Shown in pieces: positions 25,112-30,378 of a stretch of DNA of 30,378 nt. Within the stretch, counting starts at the first letter, position 1. Every line of letters starts with the position of its first letter. This DNA comes from Piromyces finnis finn. Lineage: Eukaryota; Fungi; Neocallimastigomycota. Position numbers and translations under genes: made by a program. The notes beneath the pieces were generated by a model. That model saw only the letters and a list, made by a program, of their open reading frames with translations. It was not told the DNA's origin and searched no databases. Where the stretch lies: positions 1-30,378 of the forward strand of contig MCFH01000134.1 in the NCBI GenBank assembly GCA_002104945.1, given 5' to 3'.

Positions 25112-28100
25112 TTTTTATAATGACGACTTTTATGTATTATTTAACTCTAACCATTATATATAATGAATATCAGTGAAAAATGAAATTCTAAAAAAGTAAA
25201 GATTTGTTTTAAATATAAAAATATTTTTTTTATTATACAAAATTACAAAATAAAATCTATTTTTTTTTCTTTTTATTTAAAATTTAATTTCAATACTTTT
25301 TTTATTCCAATGATTTACATTGACTTTATCCTACCCTAACTTTAATTTTTTTCAAAATTTTTAAAAATTTTAATTAAAAAAAAAAAAAAAAAGAAAAATA
25401 GATGTTTTTCTTTTTTACTTTTTTTTCTTTTCTTTTCATGATAAAAGAATAAAAAAGCACGTATAATATTTTATATTTTATTTGTATTATTTATAAAAGA
25501 TATAAATTAGACATTGATATATCAATTACACATGGTTCTTTTTAATAAATAAATTTTTTGATTATTAGAGATTAACCCCATTAGAAAAATAGCATTACTA
25601 TTCAAACTATCCTTTACTAATTCATTATCATCTTTATCAAATTTTAAAAGGTTATTTTATATATAAAATTTAAGTATGAACTTAAAATTATATAATTTGA
25701 ATTTTAAAATAATTATTTTTTTATATCTATATGCACATTTTTTAAAAAAAGTTTTTTTGATATAAAAACATTGAATTATAAATATTAATATATCTTTTTT
25801 TTAATTATTAGATTTTTTATAATATTATAAATCAATAATAAATTAGTATTATTGATTAAAGTATTATAATAAAATTACTAATATTTGTATTTTTTTATAT
25901 AGATGTTAATCTAGACGTATAGTAAGCCTTTATGGTATAAAATTTTAAAAAATTTTAGTAAATAAGAATATTTTTTATAATTAGTAAATAAATATATCTT
26001 TATTGAAAATTTTTAATGTTTTAACAATAAAGTATAAGTGAATTTAATTAAAATGAATAAAAACAAGGAAAGTTTGTTCTACTATATAAAGTATTCTATG
26101 AATTATATTAATGCATTGAAAAAAAAATCAAGGATAAAATAAAAAAACACCCAAATTTACTATTTCTTATAAAGTTTATTGATATTATTATATCAAATAA
26201 GTTATTAAAACAACTCATTTTTACATTTTTGGATAATAGTATTTTCATTTCTTTTTCTTCCTGTTTATACTTTAAGTCTAGATTATTTTTTTTTTTATTA
26301 TCCAATGAGTGCCATTATTTACTTTTAAACTTAGTTTATTCCATTTATTTTTTCTTTTTATATTACAAAAATAAATATAATATTTTTGTATACAATACTT
26401 TTTTCTTTCTATGAATTACTTGATATAGAAAAAAAAAAGTGGTCAAAACATTTTATTATTTAGAGATTATTTAGTTATTTAGTAGTCATCTTTTCCTAAT
26501 AAAATTTATAGGTAGTGATTTCTACAAAAAAAAAAAAATAATGTAATGAAATGTAAAGAATATGTAATTTAAAAAAAAATAATTTAAATGTATTATCCAT
26601 ATTATCATATTATAATATAATTGGTCGATTAATTATTCTTGAATAAACTAAATATATAGTATTAATAAAAAGGGTTCTTTGTTTTAACAAAGTTTAGTAC
26701 AAGATGAGAGTGATATTTACCTTCTTGAGAAGAGAAACTTTGATACATAATGAATAGAGTTTATAATAAAAATTTTATATTATTTAAAATTTTAGTTCTT
26801 TCAACATAAAAACTAACCCTTTTCATAAAAGAATTCTTTATATAATATATTAGAATATATATATTATAACGTTTTATACCAATCAATCAATACTATTAAG
26901 GAAATTCTGTATTTTAATTACAAAATTTATATATATAAATATTATATATATTATACTTTATTATAAAATATACAAAATGGGAAATGTTTTTTTTTGCCTT
27001 CTATAACGAAGTTAATAATTTACTAAGATACTTAAGGGATTAAGGGATGATATTTAGAAGTCAAAATAAAAAACAAAAAACAAATTATAAAGTTTTAATA
27101 TTGATTCTATCTTACTATAGAATTAGTTTTAATAATTTGTATACTTTAAATTTTAAATTTATTGTGTTGGAACTGTCATTTTTATTTTCAAACACCATTC
27201 GTATTTCTGAGTTTTGAAAGATATAGTTTTCTTAACTTATACTATTATAATATGAATTCATCACCCGACAAATTATACTTTATTATATTTAATTTCTAAT
27301 ATGAATATGTAATAGTTATTTGATTCCTTTTTTTTTTAAAAAAAAAAAATTCTTAATTTATTTTACTTTATTGAAATATATTTATATATTCTTATATTGT
27401 AATTATATTGTAATAAATACGATAAAATGAAAAAAAAAAAAAGATATTTTAAAATTTTAGACAATATTAAGATATATAATCATTAAAAATAAATAAAAGA
27501 AAAAAAAAAGGTTTATTATTGTTACTTTATAATTATTTATAGTAATAATAATTATTAATATTCCATACCATTACCTAATTATGCTGAGTTTTTGAAAATT
27601 AGTTTATGGAGTAATTTTATTTAATATTTATTATTGTTTTTTATATAGTTTTATAATATGTTAATAAAAATTAGCACATTTCATAATAATGTAAACCTTT
27701 TTAAAAGACAATATAAGTTTTTAATAGACAATGCAGTTCAATATAATGTGAATTATAAAATATATAAGTTTAATTAGATCATGAATTGAATAGATAACAT
27801 GCACTTATTTAATTATTTTATTGGATTTGTATATTAAGAATATAATGTAAATATATCATTTCATTTGGTTTATAACGTTTGAAATATTGTTTATATTATT
27901 ATATTATTAATCCAATGAAATAAATGAACGGAGGTTAGATAATTTTTATTGTTATTTTAATTTTAAAATAACTTATTCAACACAAAAGTAAGAGTTATTT
28001 ATTAAATATTATATTTAGAACAAAACAAAAAAAAAAGCTGAAGAAAAAAACAAAAAAATTATTTTGAATAATAGCATTAATAATAAAAGTAATAAAGAAA

Positions 28101-28614
28101 AACATAATAGTATATTCATTAAAATAAAAAACAACAATTACCTATTAGAAAAAAAAAATAAAATAAACCTAGTTATAATTAATTCTATAAAACTTGTATT
28201 AAAACTTTACAAAATTTTGTAAATGAAAATATAAAAATTATATATTTTTATATAGAGAATTGTAAAATAATAATTGCATTATATGAATATAAATATAATT
28301 TATTTAATAATTAAACGAAAAGTAATTCTGTATTGTTAAATTAAAGTGTGTATGAATCATCAAAAAAAAAATTAAAAAAAAACTTGATGATTAAATCATA
28401 CATTCCTAAGATTTAAATTTAAATTATTCGTTGATAGAAATATATAATTTTTTCGTATAAATAGATAATGTTTTTTACATTTTTTATTCTTTGAAACGCA
28501 TTAACTATTATAATATTATTAGTCTCATTAAAATTACAAAATATATACTTTTTTTTATTATTTACATAATTATTACTCATATCTTATAAATTTCATTCAA
28601 ATATCTTACCAAAA

Positions 28615-29987
28615 ATGTTTTAAAAAATTTATTTACCATTCTCTGTTTCTTATCTTTTTCATCAGTTATTTTTGCCAATGCAATAAACCAAGGTGAATGC
28701 GATGAAATTTTAAAATTGAGTGGTATTGAAGGCTGTACTCCTAATAAAGATGGCTCTATTGACACAGTTAATATAGGTTCAACTGAATTACTCAAGATTC
28801 TATTATAAACTTAGCAAATATGATATTAGAATATCACTATTAGAATGATTACCATAGCTAATGTCACTAATTTGGAACCAATTAGTAGTATTACCAACCT
28901 TCATTCAATTAATATAGAATCAGATGTAATCAAGCAAATTCCAAAGAATTTCATTAAATATTTAAAAACATCTTAAATCTTAAGAATCCTCATATTGAGT
29001 TAAATCAAGAAATTATTGAAGAAGTTTCAACTTAGCTGATCTCGAAAAATTGATGTTTATTTACTGTATTTGATAGTACTCTTGATTACAAACCCATTAA
29101 AGAAATTATCTAAGCTTGAATTATTAACAATGGAAGCCTATGAATATCATCATCATCGTTATAACAAAAGATTTACTGAAATTCCAGAATTTATTTTTGA
29201 ATTAAAGAATTTAAAACAACTTACTATTGGTGATCATGAAATTACAAAGATTCCAGAAAAATTATCAAACCTTAAAAAACTTGAAGTTCTTAATTTAAGT
29301 GCTAATAAGATTGATGATGTCCTCCCAGAATCCTTAAACACATTACCAGAACTCAGAGAAATTTATCTTCAATACAATGTAAACATTAAAGGTAAAACTT
29401 TAACCAATGCTAAACTTGAAAGTTGTAGATACGATGATAGCTATACTTTATGTAAAGCTAAAGATATGACTTGTTTAGAAGGTTATTACTTTGAAAAATG
29501 TTCTGATATGGATAATGAAAATTACACTACTAATGGCCAATGTGGTAATGGCAATGGCAGATGTCCAGATGGTTTTTGCTGTAGTAAGGATGGCTGGTGT
29601 GGTAAGACTGAATCTCACTGTTCCATTCTTAATGGATGTCAATACCAATTTGGTACTTGCAAGGGTGAATCAAATCAAGAACCACAAGAACAAGAAACAA
29701 GCAATGGTAAATGTGGTAAGGGAATTGGAAAATGCCAAGAAGGTCAATGTTGCAATAAATATGGTTACTGTGGTAAAACTGATAATCATTGTTTAGTTTC
29801 ACATGGATGTCAATCTGAATTTGGAACTTGCCATTTAGACAAAATTAGCGTTGATGGTAAATGTGGTCCTTTAGATGGAAGATGTCCAAATGGTCAATGC
29901 TGTAGTAAATATGGTTGGTGTGGTAGTGGTAGTAATTACTGTGATGCCGGTTGCCAATCTTTATATGGTAAATGCAATGGAAATTAA
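28615..29987 (+). CDS. Secreted leucine-rich-repeat protein with three C-terminal CBM18 (hevein/chitin-binding type 1) modules; 5' part frameshifted as assembled (~460 aa restored)
   Basis: Intact 3' ORF 29070-29987 has LRRs (LKNLKQLTIGDHEITKIPEKLSNLKKLEVLNLSANKI) and three CGxxxGxCxxGxCCSxxGWCG-type modules at ~29523-29660, ~29698-29832 and ~29848-29976. Upstream, ATG 28615 plus frame corrections gives signal peptide MFLKNLFTILCFLSFSSVIFA and more LRR-like sequence. It could be a true pseudogene. Confidence 0.82.
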
Positions 29988-30378
29988 GATTAAAGTAAAA
30001 GAAAGTATAGTAAATATAATGAAACTTTAAAAAGAGAAAAAAATTTAAAATAAACAAAATCAAAATAAATATAAAAGAATTCAAATGGAAATAAAATATA
30101 AGATATTATAATTCCTTGAATCATTAATATCTTATGAAAAAAATTCTCATTAATTAAAGAAAGAAATCTTAATAGAAAATAGAAATCCATATAGTCATAA
30201 TTAGGCATTGTATAATAATATTTTATATAACTAAAAAATGATTTTTATTTTCTATACGCTATATGTATATTATTAAGAATATTGTATTATTATTATATAT
30301 AGTCTTTATATAATATAATTACAATTTATTTAATATTCACTGCTCACTTTTTTATTTATATTTTTTTTATATTTTTTT

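Noticed and set aside
26108-26414. ORFs 26108-26305 (-) and 26229-26414 (+) as a gene or transposon relic
   Set aside because: They are short, start at non-ATG codons, and show no recognisable motif or splice context. A relic cannot be excluded without a tBLASTx search.
29845-30208. ORFs 29845-30084, 29990-30208 and 19093-19290
   Set aside because: They are AT-rich UTR or intergenic translations with no coding signal.

Overview
Extremely AT-rich, intron-containing eukaryotic DNA. Gene content and composition point to an anaerobic gut fungus (Neocallimastigomycota); this is an inference. The dominant structure is a ~19.55-kb near-perfect palindrome: 1-9762 is the reverse complement of 9768-19552, folded around a 5-nt loop at ~9765. 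Each arm carries a 4-exon GDA1-type Golgi nucleoside diphosphatase gene, a 2-exon Cys-rich type I membrane protein gene and a 5x42-bp tandem array. The right-arm genes are intact. The left-arm copies have four 1-bp frameshifts and no visible amino-acid substitutions, which favours a long-read or amplification fold-back artefact; a real palindrome or hairpin-capped DNA end cannot be excluded from sequence alone. The unique right third holds an 11-exon gene for a large 7TM receptor (beta-helix/Pmp-like repeats, EGF-like region, class C GPCR-like domain; one frameshift). A divergently oriented gene encodes a secreted LRR + 3xCBM18 (hevein) protein, whose 5' third carries about ten indels. No rRNA, tRNA, CRISPR array or recognisable transposon was found. 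Exon models were built by hand from GT-AG sites and reading-frame continuity.
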